In this document: positions 21,219 through 32,241 of the stretch, in pieces
How the letters are laid out: each line of letters opens with the position of its first letter
Position numbering within the stretch: position 1 is the stretch's first letter
From: an uncultured delta proteobacterium
Lineage (GTDB): Bacteria > Desulfobacterota > Binatia > UBA9968
Reading direction: 5' to 3'
DNA length: 64,000 bases
Assembly: GCA_963847445.1 (NCBI GenBank)
Contig: CAWJZV010000030.1
Location: 448,001-512,000, forward strand
Program-made: the position numbers and the translations under genes
Notes under the pieces: model-generated
Database searches by the model: none
Seen by the model: only the letters and a program-made list of their open reading frames with translations
Told to the model about the DNA's origin: nothing

Positions 21219-23452
21219 ACGACTCGGCCTTCAGTGCAACTCCTCCTTGACCGTTGCCATCGGAATCGAGATTACTGCCGGCGCGGCCACGGCCGCGCAC
21301 CGCTTTGTAAACTCCTTTTACTTTTGAGATGTTCTGGAGCACCTCTTTCAGGTGCTCCGAACTCTTGATCATCACCTCGAACGTGTTGACCGCCCGCTGA
21401 CTGGTGAAGGTCCGAACCTGCGCGCGGGCGATATTGGCATCGGCGCTGGTGATCGCCGAGCTGATCGCCGCCAGCAACCCCGGTTGATCGACGCAGGTCA
21501 CTTCGATCTTGACCGGCCGCGGCGGCTGGCCGTTTTCCTCCCAGGCGACTTCGATCTTGCGATGGGGATCGCTCTCCAACACGGTCGTGCAACCGACGGT
21601 ATGAATCGTCACACCCCGACCGCGGGTGATAAATCCAACGATATGTTCGCCGGGCAACGGATGACAACAAAGCGCGAAGCGCACCAATACATCGTCGACG
21701 CCTTTGACGCGAATCCCCAGACTGCGCTTTTGCTTGGATACCAGCTTGAACAACGACTCGAGCGCGCCGTCGGCCTTTTTGTGCGCCGCTGTCGAGTTTA
21801 TCCGGCGGCACGAGTTTGACGATCGCATGGCGCGTGGTGATCCGGCCATAACCGATGGCCGACAGCAAGGCTTCTTCATCCTTCAAGCCGAGCTCATGGC
21901 TCAACCAATCGATCTTGCCTTCCTGCTTGAGCTGCGCATAATCCAACTGATAGCGATGCAGGTCGCTCTCGAAGATCTCGCGGCCCAGCACCACGCTGCG
22001 TTCGTACTGCTGGGTCTTTAGCCAGTTGCGGATTTTCGATTTTCGCCCGCGGCGTCTTGACCCATTTGAGCCAATCGCGGCTCGGCACCTGCTGCGGCGT
22101 CGTGATGATTTCCACCGTGTCGCCGCTGCGCAGTATATATTTGAGCGACACCAGTTGGCCGTTGACGCGCGCACCGGAGCAGCGGTTGCCGACCTCCGTA
22201 TGAATCCGGTAGGCAAAATCGATCACCGTGGAGCCGCGCAGAAAGTGCAACAAGATCGCCCTTGGGCGTGAACACATACATGCCGGCGGCAAACAGATCT
22301 TCCTTGAGGCTGTGGAGAAATTCCTGCGGATCTTGCAGATTCTCCTGCCACTCGAGCAATTGGCGCAGCCATGAGAAGCGTTGAATATCGCTCACCTGAA
22401 AGGCCTCGCCTTCTTTGTAACGCCAGTGCGCCGCGATGCCCTCTTCGGCGACCCGATGCATCTCGTGGGAGCGGATTTGGATCTCGATGCGCTCGCCGTA
22501 GGGACCGATCACCGTGGTGTGGAGCGACTGATACATGTTGGGCTTGGGCAGCGCGATGTAATCCTTGAAGCGCGTCGGCACCGGTTTCCACTGCGCGTGC
22601 ACGACCCCCAGGGTTTCATAACATTCCCGCGGCGTGTCGACCAAGATACGAAAAGCCACCAGATCGTAAATCTGATCGTAAAGCAGATTCTGGCTCTCCA
22701 TCTTTTGATAGATGCTGTAAGAAATGCTTGGACCGTCCGGTCACTTCGGCGTCGATCCCCTCGGCTTCCAGTTTCTTGCTGATGATCGAGATCACTTCTT
22801 CGATATACTTTTCACGGTCGCTTTTTTTCTTGGCGACATTGCGTTTGAGCTGATAGTAGACTTCCGGGATGAAGATACTTGAGCGACAGGTCTTCCAGCT
22901 CGCTTTTCACCCAGGCGATGCCCAAGCGGTGCGACAGCGGCGCGTAAATATCCATGGTCTCCTGCGCCGTGAGAATTTGTTTGTCGGGCGGCATATGATC
23001 GAGCGTGCGCATGTTGTGCACGCGGTCGGCGAGCTTGATGAGAATCACCCGCACATCCTTGCCCATCGCCAGAATCATCTTGCGAAAATTTTCCGCCTGC
23101 TTCTCCTCATGGCTGGTAAAGTTGGTGCGGCTCAACTTGGTGACGCCGTCGACCAAGCGCGGCGATCTCGCGGCCGAACAAACTCTTGATCTCATCCAAA
23201 GTCGTCAGATGTGTCTTCGACCGTATCGTGGAGCAAAGCTCCGACGATGCTCGGCACGTCGAGCTTCAGATCGGCAATGATATCGGCAACCGCTATGGGG
23301 TGGATCAGATAAGGTTCACCGGACAAACGCTTTTGCCCGGTGTGGACCTTGGCGGAAAAATCGTGGGCTTTGCGGATGAGATCGACATCCGCGGCGGGGA
23401 AATAAGCCTGGACCTTTTCAACGAGGTCGTGAAGTTTGGTTTCTTTGCTCAT
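21157..23452 (-). CDS. rel: Bifunctional (p)ppGpp synthase/hydrolase Rel (frameshifted; 3' end uncertain)
   Basis: [24 protein letters not shown] (HD intact), [33 protein letters not shown] ([11 protein letters not shown]), [11 protein letters not shown] domain. Confidence 0.93.
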
Positions 23453-24108
23453 GGCTGCTCTGGCCGCGCTTGGCGCGCAGCGGTTCGATGCGCCACTCGG
23501 TTACCCTGGAGACCCTGGATCGTTCGGCTTCGACGATCCCGCTGAGCACGCGCACCGCCTGCTCGACGTCGTGATTGACGACAAAGTAATCATAATGGAT
23601 TATCTGGCGCGATTTCACCCCGGGCGTTGGCCAGACGGCGCAGGATCACTTGGCGGTCGTCGGTGCCGCGCAAGGACAAACGGCGCTCCAATTCCGCCAT
23701 GGACGGCGGCAGGACAAACACCGCAACCGCCGCGGGTAGGCGATTTTGATCTTCTGCGCCCCTTGGACATCGATATCGAGCAGAATGTCGCGCCCCGCCA
23801 TGACCGCGCGATCGATGCGGCTTTCGCGGCGTGCCGTAGTAGATAGTCGTGCACCTGCGCCCATTCGGCAAATTCACCGCGCTGTTTCAAGAGCCTCGAA
23901 TTGTGCCATCGCTGAGAAAACGATAATCTCGGCCGGCCACCTCGCCGCGCCGCCGCGCCCGCGTGGTACAGGAAACCGAAAGCTGGATATCGGGATAGAT
24001 TTTCCGCAGGCCGTTATACAGCGTCGTCTTCCCAGCTCCCGGACGGCGCCGAAAGAATAAAGATCAATGCCTTGCCGTTTGGCCAGTTGGAGGTGCGCGC
24101 TGTTTCAT
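23418..24108 (-). CDS. gmk: Guanylate kinase (frameshifted)
   Basis: Fragments LSAPSG..K, GEFAEWAQVH, YYGTP, LLDIDVQGA, VFVLPPSMAELERRL, YDYFVVNHD. Confidence 0.9.
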
Positions 24109-24970
24109 TCGATGTTCTGGGTTTGCTCGCGAATCTTCTCGACCCGTTCCTTGCCTTGAAGCACCAACTGGGTCACCGGCAAGTAGGGCGACTTTGGAGC
24201 TAATGGTGTTGAGTTCGCGATTGACTTCCTGGAGCATGAAGTCGACTTTTTTGCCCACCGGTTCCCGTTCGCGCACGACTTTGGCCAACGCCACGACATG
24301 GGTCTTCAAGCGCACCAGCTCCTCGTTGATGTCGCCTTTCGCGATGGCGGTGGAAACATCCGGATTATTTCGCTCCGGCCTCTCGCCGTTCGGTCCATCC
24401 GCACCGGCGCCCTTTTGCTGGCGTGCTGCCGTTCTCGGCCGCGCGCGCTTCCAGCGCCGCGGCGATTTCCCGCAGGTGACCGATCTGCGACTCCATATCG
24501 GTGCGCAGATGCGTCCCCTCGCGCTCGCGCGACTGTTCGAGCTTCTTGAGCGCGCCCGTTGAGCGCCTTGAGCACCGCCTGGCGTTCGCTCTTGCTGTCG
24601 ATCTCGACCTCGCGCACATGAAAGACATCGGGAATGTTGGAAACCAGCGCGACATCGACTTCGCCGCCGAGTTTGTATTTCTTCTTGAGCTGCGCGACCC
24701 CGGAAAGAAATTGACCGATCAAAGCCTCGTCCATCTCGAGTTTGCGCGCTTGCCCTTTGGCCGACATAGCGGTTGACGAACAGATCGATGCGGCCGCGGG
24801 AGATCTTTTCGCGCAGGAGCTTGCGGATTTCCTCCTCGAAGGACATATACTCGCGCGGCGTGCGCACTTGCAGGTCGAGATGACGGTGATTCACGCTGCG
24901 AATTTGCACGGTGATCCGTGGCGCCGTGAATATTCTGCGACGCCTCGCCATATCCGGTCATACTTTTCAT
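24105..24970 (-). CDS. yicC: YicC/YloC family endoribonuclease (frameshifted)
   Basis: MKSMTGYG, IRSVNHRHLD, ISRGRID, DINEELVRL, GKKVDFMLQEVNRELNTISSK, VEKIREQTQNIE. Confidence 0.92.
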
Positions 24971-25968
24971 GGTGAGTTCCTCAATTTTCAATTTCAGCTT
25001 GTTGAAAGGCACCGCCACCGTGCCGATTTCGTCACCGACAAATCCCGCCGCCACATTGGCGATCACCGCGGCAGCCTCAAAATCGCCGCCGCAGGCCAGC
25101 ACCAGAGCGCACACCGCCACCACGGTATCGCCGGCGCCGGTCACCTCGAAAACATCGCGCGGTTCGGTGGGAAAATGTCTCGGCTTGCAGCGCGGCCGAA
25201 ACAAACTCATGCCGTCCGCGCCGCGGGTAATCAGCACGCCCTGGGCGCGCCATTGGCGCAGTAATTTCGCCCCGGCGGCGAGCAGCGTCTTGTCATCGCG
25301 AATGTCGATTGCCGGCCGCATCCGCCGCTTCGCTTTTATTGGGCGTGATCAGCGTCGGGGAACGATAACGGGCGAAATTTTCTTTTTTGGGATCGACCAC
25401 ACAGATGAATTTTCCGTTTGCCAACCCGAGCGGCAAGCGCCGACAACAGTTCAGCGTGCACGGCTCCCTTGCCGTAGTCCGAGATCACCACGCCGTCGCA
25501 ACGCTCGGCGCGGTCGAGAATAAACTCGCGCAGCCGTTTCAAGGTCGCACAGTGAATCGGCTCGCGGCTCTCGCGATCCAGCCGAACAATCTGTTGATGA
25601 TGCGGGCTGGCGATGATCCGGCTCTTTTGAATGGTTTGAAACTTGCGATCGGTGAAAACTCCGGCCGTCGAAGCACCGACGCGGCGCAGGATGCCGAGAA
25701 TGCGCTTGCCGGCGTCGTCGTTGCCGATGACGCCGCACGCGGTCACCCGTCCGCCCAATGCTCGTATATTATGAATAACGTTCGCGGCACCGCCGAGACG
25801 GCGATCCTCAGACACCACCCGCAACACCGGCACCGGCGCTTCCGGCGACAACCGCTCGACATCGCCCATGACAAAACGGTCGAGCATCAGATCGCCCACC
25901 ACCAAAAGATGCGCGTCTTTGAATCTTCCGAGGATCTCGAGGAGGTTGTTCATCGATGCAAAATGCAA
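24967..25968 (-). CDS. rfaE1: D-glycero-beta-D-manno-heptose-7-phosphate kinase (HldE domain I), frameshifted
   Basis: VVGDLMLDRF..VERLSPEAPVPV, LGGAANV, ISDYGKG, ITRGADGM, EVTGAGDTV. Confidence 0.92.
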
Positions 25969-25974
25969 TTGCCG

Positions 25975-27100
25975 CTAATTTCCGGTCCCTAGAAGTTCGT
26001 AATAATAAGCTTCGTTCTGCGCCGCCATCTGCGTCAGCGTAAAGTGATCGAACACCCGCTGCCGCCCTTGCAATCCCATTTGGCGAGCCATGGGCGGATC
26101 GTTGACCAGTTGGGCAACCGCATCGGCGATCGCCCTGCCGTCGCGCGGCGCAACCAACAAGCCGGTTTGCCCGTCAAGAATCGATTCCGCCAAACCGCCG
26201 ACTCGGCTGGCCACTACCGGTTTGCCGGCCGCCATCGCTTCCAGTGCCGCCACCCCCAAACCCTCGAACAAAGAGGGCATGACGAATATATCGATACGCG
26301 CGAAGAAACTCCTCGGGCTTGGCAACGAAGCCCAAGAAATTTCACCGAATCGTCGAGCCCAAGCGCGCGCGCTTTGTTTTCCAAGCGTTGCGTCGAGATC
26401 CGTCGCCGCCGATCAGCCACTTCAAGCCGCACTCCTTGAGATTGCAGATGCGCCGGCCGCTTCGAGCAGAAACTCGATCCCCTTGCGCTCTTCCAGGACA
26501 GCGAGACACCCCAAAGTCACAACCCGTCGTGGCATGTCTCGCGGTCATGCCACGGCGGCAAACCGGCTGGGATCGATGCCGCTATGAATCAGCCGAATCT
26601 TGCGCCGCTCCACCCCAGCATCGACCAAGCAGCTCGACGAATGGTTTGCGAGATCGCGACCACGCCGTCGACACGGCGATTATAAAGGCAGCGGGTGTAC
26701 CAATTTTTTCTCTCAGCGTAATCCATCCGGCGCGTGACGATGTACTGTCGGGCGCCGGCCGCCGCGCGGCTAACCACAAGGAAAGCGCGTGGGCTCTTTT
26801 GGTGTGCAGATGAACGATGTCGTACTCGCCGTCATCGATCTGCCGCCGCAGCCTCGGGATCGCCCGTAGATCCAAATCGTTGCGAACAACCAATGGGCAA
26901 TCTGGCCGACCGTTAACTTGCCAGCTTCAGCGAACAATCGGCCTTCTGGATGAGTCAAGAGATCGTTACGATGCCCCTGCGCCGCTAGGTAGGATAGCAA
27001 GACCGAAGACTTGAGCCTCTCCGCCACCCCAGTTTCGTTCCGGATCGACGTGCAGAATCTTCAGCAGCTTGCGGCCATCACTGCCGCCGCTCGTCGTCAC
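25975..27100 (-). CDS. Glycosyltransferase family 4 (frameshifted)
   Basis: LKILHVDPERNWGGGE, DIVHLHT, IFVMPSLFEGLGVAALEAMAAGKPVVASRVGG. Confidence 0.85.
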
Positions 27101-27855
27101 GTTTCTCCTTCGATTTCAAGTTCCCATAATTTAGCATACTTCAAAAATACGTAAACCGCCGCCGTCAACGCCACATAGAAATCCGGCGAACCCTTCCATG
27201 AAACCACGCTTGAGAATGTACGAGCGAAAAAACCGCACCGCCGGCCGCAGCAAAGCATCGCTCAAGCCGCCACCGGCCGCCGGACTTTCTCAGCTCGGCC
27301 GACGAAATCGAGGTAAAACGATTGATTCTGTTGAATATGGTCATCGATGCTTCGATAGGAGAAGTGATGCAGCGGCTGTTGCAGCCGGCGCACCTTGCCA
27401 TCGACGATGATTTTCTCATGGGGATCGACGCCACCCCAGGTCGCGCGGTCGCGCCGGAACAAGCGCACGTCATAATCCGGATACCAGCCGCCGCGCCACC
27501 ACCAGCGGTCAAGATAGCGCACTAAGCGCGGAATCGCGTAACCTGTGTAATCGCCATTATCCTGGATCAAGCTCTCGGCGATCTCCTTTTGCAGTTCGTC
27601 GGTCACCCGCTCATCGGAGTCAACCAATAACACCCAATCCATGGTCGCCAAGGAATGGGCGTAGGCCTTTTGATCTCTGTAGCCGGCCCATGCACGCTGG
27701 ACAAATCGTTGGGTGTAACGCTGACAAATCTCCGGCGTACGATCGCTACTGAAGGCATCGACAACGACGATCTCATCGCACCAAACGAGACTCTTTAGAC
27801 AATCCTCGATGCGTTCTTCTTCGTTAAAACAAACCACAATTGCCGAAATGGTCAT
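27097..27855 (-). CDS. GT2 beta-glucosyltransferase, WaaE/KdtX-like (C-terminal frameshifts)
   Basis: ISAIVVCFNEE, DAFSSDRT, WVLLVDSDERV, GWYPDYDVRLF, PHEK, C-terminal YAKLWE. Confidence 0.87.
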
Positions 27856-27929
27856 GCGACTAATGCTTGCCTCAAACTCTCTTCATTATGATTGGCGAGT
27901 TTGCTATAAGTGGCGCAGGAGTTATCGCC

Positions 27930-28673
27930 GTGAAAAACTTGGAGAGTGTTTACCAACTGCCCGGCATGCTGACGACGCATGAGGTCGATTGCCTGTATCG
28001 ATTAGGGCAATTCAACGAGCAAAAAGGTGTCATCGTCGAAATCGGCAGCTGGAAAGGCAAGTCCACCGTTGCCCTCGCGCTCGGCGCCGCAAAAGTCAAC
28101 GCAGAAAAGATTTACGCGATCGATCCCCATCGGATTATGCCGGAAGAAGGCTATCTGGAAGACACGGAAGCGGATTTTCTGGCGAACATCAAACAGGCCG
28201 GGGTCGCGAATCAGATTGTCCCATTGGTCATGACCTCGGAAGCGGCGGCGCAACATTGGGATAAGCCGATTCGCCTACTCTGGATCGACGGCGACCATCG
28301 CTACGAACCGACCAAGCTCGACTTTTCATTATGGGAGCCGCATTTAGTCGAAGGCGGTATTTTGGCGATGCACGATACGATTAGAAAAAATGGACCTAAG
28401 CGCGTGCTTTGGGAAAATGTTTTCCGGTCGGAGCGTTTCCAAGAAATTACCATCGTCGACAACATCACGGCGGTGAGAAAGGTGAAAAAAGCGTCCTTCG
28501 AAGCCAAATGTCTCAAAGCGCTAACCCTTTCAACACGGGCGGCCTATATCGCCGCACGCAAAATCGGCGTTCCCAAATCCAAAGAGATCGGCAGGACGCT
28601 TCTGAGCAGAGTCACGGCTCAAACCTGGACGCGACTGCTGGTTTTGGTTTTCTCAGCGAGCATCGCGCGGTAA
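27930..28673 (+). CDS. Class I SAM-dependent methyltransferase (Methyltransf_24-like)
   Basis: IVEIGSWKGKST, YAIDPH, LLWIDGDHRYE, GGILAMHD; AGGAG RBS at 27917 and extended -10-like TGCTATAAG at 27902. Confidence 0.85.
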   Translation: MKNLESVYQLPGMLTTHEVDCLYRLGQFNEQKGVIVEIGSWKGKSTVALALGAAKVNAEKIYAIDPHRIMPEEGYLEDTEADFLANIKQAGVANQIVPLVMTSEAAAQHWDKPIRLLWIDGDHRYEPTKLDFSLWEPHLVEGGILAMHDTIRKNGPKRVLWENVFRSERFQEITIVDNITAVRKVKKASFEAKCLKALTLSTRAAYIAARKIGVPKSKEIGRTLLSRVTAQTWTRLLVLVFSASIAR

Positions 28674-29545
28674 TGAAAATAGCGTCCCTTGGCGCGATAT
28701 TTTTGTCGGATGTCACCCATCATTGAATACCACGCCAATGTCCACATGGAACGCAGCAAGTTCGGGACGATGGATGTTAACGACTGCTTTTTATAAATGA
28801 GCCGACTCCGCCCTTGCTGTTCGTGGCGATCGCGAAAAAATTCCTCCGTCAACCTGCTCCAGTCAACGATGTGATAGACCGCGGCACGGTGCTCGTAACC
28901 GATCCGCCCTCCGGCTTTGAGGACGCGTTTGGCGAATTCGACGTCCTCGGATATGCCGGATCTACCAGGACCCAGTTCCTCATTGAATGCACCGATTTTT
29001 GAAAACATTTCCCGGCGCACCGCCATATTGGCGCCGGTGAGAGTTTTAATCTCCCTGAGGCCCAATGGATATTTAACAAAATTTATGGTTCTGAACTTCC
29101 TCTGAGCACGAATGAAATTTTCATCATGTTCGATTTCCGGCGGCACAAGGATCGGCCCCTGCATGACATCGAAGGTTTCGTGCTTGAAGAAATATGCCGC
29201 CACCTTCAGCCAGTCGGGAGTGACGACGACATCATCGTCGAAGAAAGCGATAATCTCGCCTCGCGCCACTTTGATCGCCGCATTTTGCGCCCGACATTTG
29301 CCTGGGAGAGGTTCTTCAACCATGCGAAATTCGGCGCGTCCGGAGCCGCGGAAACCGTCGACGACCTGCTCGATCTTTTTCGAGATTTCAACGTTTCGGG
29401 AATTATTCACCACGATCACTTCGTGCTCGACGCCTGAGCCATCAAAATGTTCACGAATAGAGCTCAGCAAACCGCGCAGCAACTCCCACCGGTCATAGGT
29501 TGCGATGACAATGCTAAATTCCATAATCCTGCTAGTTTTCAGCAA
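28619..29545 (-). CDS. Glycosyltransferase family 2
   Basis: SIVIATYDR, VIVVNN, AFFDDDV, GANMAVRR, SEDVEF. Confidence 0.88.
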   Translation of the reverse strand: MLKTSRIMEFSIVIATYDRWELLRGLLSSIREHFDGSGVEHEVIVVNNSRNVEISKKIEQVVDGFRGSGRAEFRMVEEPLPGKCRAQNAAIKVARGEIIAFFDDDVVVTPDWLKVAAYFFKHETFDVMQGPILVPPEIEHDENFIRAQRKFRTINFVKYPLGLREIKTLTGANMAVRREMFSKIGAFNEELGPGRSGISEDVEFAKRVLKAGGRIGYEHRAAVYHIVDWSRLTEEFFRDRHEQQGRSRLIYKKQSLTSIVPNLLRSMWTLAWYSMMGDIRQKYRAKGRYFHYRAMLAEKTKTSSRVQV

Positions 29546-30434
29546 CCCATCGTAGACGATAGAATCGATATTTTAGCGACCATGGACAGAGCCGCGAGGC
29601 TTCGACTATGGCGGCTTGGGCTTCTACTTGCCGGTCTTTCTTCCAAAGACCCTTGGCCAGGCGGTAATAACGGTAAGCCAGGCGGGACGCCACGCGTTGC
29701 TGGCCCAAAGTTATTTCGGCTTGCGGGTTTTCTGCAAGGAGTTTTCTAATGACGCTAATATTCTCCGTCAACCTCCGCTCCTGATCGCCACTCGTGTTAC
29801 CGGAATGCTTTCGGTAATAAAACACCACCTCGTCGATGTAGGCGATCGGATAGCGCCGGAAGATTCTAAACGACAAGTCCAAGTCCATTGATATTCTAAG
29901 GGTTTCGTCATGCCCCCCCAATTCGTCGTAACAGGCTTTCGATATCAATGAGGCCTGCAGTCGCACGAGACTCTTATCGAACAAATCCGCGAGACCTACG
30001 CCCTGATTGGCTAAGCGCCGGGATTTCTCGGCCGGGATGATAGTCTCGCGATTATGCGAGGGTCCGCCAAGATAGGCGCCATTGGCAAAGACCATGCCGC
30101 ATTCTGGATGGCTCTCGACATAACGATACAGAGTGGCCAAGTGATTCGGCGCGCACAGGTCGTCCGAGTCTTGAATCGAGATCCATTCGCCCCGAGCCAG
30201 CTTGACCCCGGCATTGCGAGCCGCAGATGGACCAGAATTGTCTTGATGTAAATAGCGGATACGCTCTCGATAGGGCTCGAGACGTTTCTCCGTGTCATCC
30301 GTCGATCCGTCATTTACAATGATAAGTTCAAAATCCTGAAATTGCTGTTGCAGAACGCTATCGATGGTCGCAGGCAATAATTCCGCGCGATTGTAAGTCG
30401 CGATGATCATCGAAACTTTAGGCGACGGTAGCAT
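29532..30434 (-). CDS. Glycosyltransferase family 2
   Basis: VSMIIATYNR, IIVNDGSTD, GPSAARNAG, QDSDD. Confidence 0.9.
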   Translation of the reverse strand: MLPSPKVSMIIATYNRAELLPATIDSVLQQQFQDFELIIVNDGSTDDTEKRLEPYRERIRYLHQDNSGPSAARNAGVKLARGEWISIQDSDDLCAPNHLATLYRYVESHPECGMVFANGAYLGGPSHNRETIIPAEKSRRLANQGVGLADLFDKSLVRLQASLISKACYDELGGHDETLRISMDLDLSFRIFRRYPIAYIDEVVFYYRKHSGNTSGDQERRLTENISVIRKLLAENPQAEITLGQQRVASRLAYRYYRLAKGLWKKDRQVEAQAAIVEASRLCPWSLKYRFYRLRWVAEN

Positions 30435-30445
30435 GCGATTGATGC

Positions 30446-31357
30446 TTAAACCTGGCTATGACGATCCAGGTCTCTGACGCCGCGCAGTTTGCCCATCAAA
30501 TAGCCACAACATTTCATGATCCGACCTTCGGTTTTATATGCCTTCTGAGATTTTCCGGCGATGCGATACAAACCGTAGCGCAAAGAATTAGCCAGCAAAT
30601 TCGGCATCACCCGGAAAGCTATCGAATCGTGCCGATAAATACTTCGGCTCAATCCCTTTCGATATTCGACCATTCTATTGTAGGCCCGACCATAGCGGTT
30701 GGGATTGAGTTCATGGTAAACGATAGCGCCCGGCGTATAACCAATCTTAAATCCGGCATTGCGTATACGGATGGAATACTCGGTGTCCTCACTAAACCCA
30801 GCCGCACCGGGTCCAAGCCGAGAATCGAAAAATCCCACCTTATCGAAGACCTGCCGAGTAAAGGACATATTTGTGCCGGTTAAACCCCGGATTTCGTGAA
30901 TATTTTCTCCATAATCAATGTAAGGGATATTGTACTCACGCAACCTTGAGCGGTCAGCATGATTCCCGTCCGCATCTACCCCGGGTAGAATTCGGCCCTG
31001 AATCGCGTCAAAGCCCTTACCGTCATACGCTTCCAAATGCTTGACCAGCAGTTGAGAATCCACGACAACATCATCATCGACGATCAACACGATGTCGCCT
31101 TTGGCTGATGCGAGACCGCGATTCAGCGCACTGGCTTTACCCTTACGCGTTTCGGTTAGCGCGTGAAACGGTACGTCGCGACCGGCTTGAGCATGCTCGG
31201 CAAGCACCCTCGAGGTGTCATCCACAGAGCCATTATCCACAGCGATCACTTCGGCGTTGCACGCGGCGGGCATCACCAACGCGTCGACGCTCTTCAACAA
31301 CCGCTGAAGACTTCCGCTACGGTTACAGGTGGGGATAATAATGCTGAAGATCAACAC
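30446..31357 (-). CDS. Glycosyltransferase family 2 (paralog of 28619-29545)
   Basis: SIIIPTCNR, VDNGSVDDT, GKASALNRG, IVDDDV, GTNMSF, LGPGAAGFSEDTE. Confidence 0.88.
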   Translation of the reverse strand: MLIFSIIIPTCNRSGSLQRLLKSVDALVMPAACNAEVIAVDNGSVDDTSRVLAEHAQAGRDVPFHALTETRKGKASALNRGLASAKGDIVLIVDDDVVVDSQLLVKHLEAYDGKGFDAIQGRILPGVDADGNHADRSRLREYNIPYIDYGENIHEIRGLTGTNMSFTRQVFDKVGFFDSRLGPGAAGFSEDTEYSIRIRNAGFKIGYTPGAIVYHELNPNRYGRAYNRMVEYRKGLSRSIYRHDSIAFRVMPNLLANSLRYGLYRIAGKSQKAYKTEGRIMKCCGYLMGKLRGVRDLDRHSQV

Positions 31358-31484
31358 ACTCTAGTTTCAATAACTCAGTACGGCCGGGAAATTCAGGCTA
31401 TTGGGAAAGCACGGCATGGTGCCCCAAGGCCAAGCTCTCCTACCCTCACAATCCCTTAACGGCAACGAAGTATGAACATTGGAT

Positions 31485-32111
31485 TTAGGCTTTTTCTCCA
31501 ATAACAACCACCCCCGGCGCAAAATCTATGTTCAGAAGACGAAGCAAACCCCGATAACGCCAGGCCCTCAGCCTTTTTCGCAAATTCATCCGGCAAACGC
31601 GATAACCCCAAACTTTGACAAAACCGGCGCTGGCCATCCATCCTGCTAAATGACGAATACGGTATGGAGTAATGTGCGTGCTGTCGGACCAGAATGACAT
31701 CGGGTGATAAACATTAGGCGTTGAAACGAAAAGCCGTCCATTTGGAACAAGCAGTCGATGAGCTTGACGGAGCAACTCCAATCCTACTCCTGGCGGCATA
31801 TGCTCTATGACTTCGAAACAGGTGATCGCATCATACGCTCCTTGGACCGCCGTCAGATCATAGAAGTCGTGCTCATAGGTACGATCGACATCCATGCTCT
31901 TGTACTCCACCGGGAGGTGGGATTGTTGGTCAATGAAGGCCTTGAGAGACCGATCGTTGGCTCCGATATCGAGAACCCGCATATGAGGACGTAAAAACTT
32001 TATCAATGGGTCTCGATAATCCGGAATAATCTTGATTTTCAAGATCGGTTCGGGGATCTGCTGCTCGACGAGATTTTTCGCTTGGTTGATGAGCGTCCAA
32101 TCAATATCCAT
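31485..32111 (-). CDS. Class I SAM-dependent methyltransferase
   Basis: RVLDIGAN, YDAITCFEVIEH, LVPNGRLFVSTPN, WSDSTH; start uncertain (32111 or 32186). Confidence 0.8.
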   Translation of the reverse strand: MDIDWTLINQAKNLVEQQIPEPILKIKIIPDYRDPLIKFLRPHMRVLDIGANDRSLKAFIDQQSHLPVEYKSMDVDRTYEHDFYDLTAVQGAYDAITCFEVIEHMPPGVGLELLRQAHRLLVPNGRLFVSTPNVYHPMSFWSDSTHITPYRIRHLAGWMASAGFVKVWGYRVCRMNLRKRLRAWRYRGLLRLLNIDFAPGVVVIGEKA

Positions 32112-32241
32112 CCGCACCAACTCTCTTTGAGACTGATCTGTTGATCTCGAATATTTACGGTTCGCCACAGACCGGCGCAAAACCATCTCCCATTATGATT
32201 CGCGCATCACAGGGGCGCATGAGGCGTCAATTAAACCGCGA

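Noticed and set aside
24719-25321. Apparent RfaE1-YicC in-frame fusion
   Set aside because: The region is full of indels, and an ATGA stop/start overlap at 24967-24970 would restore two separate genes.
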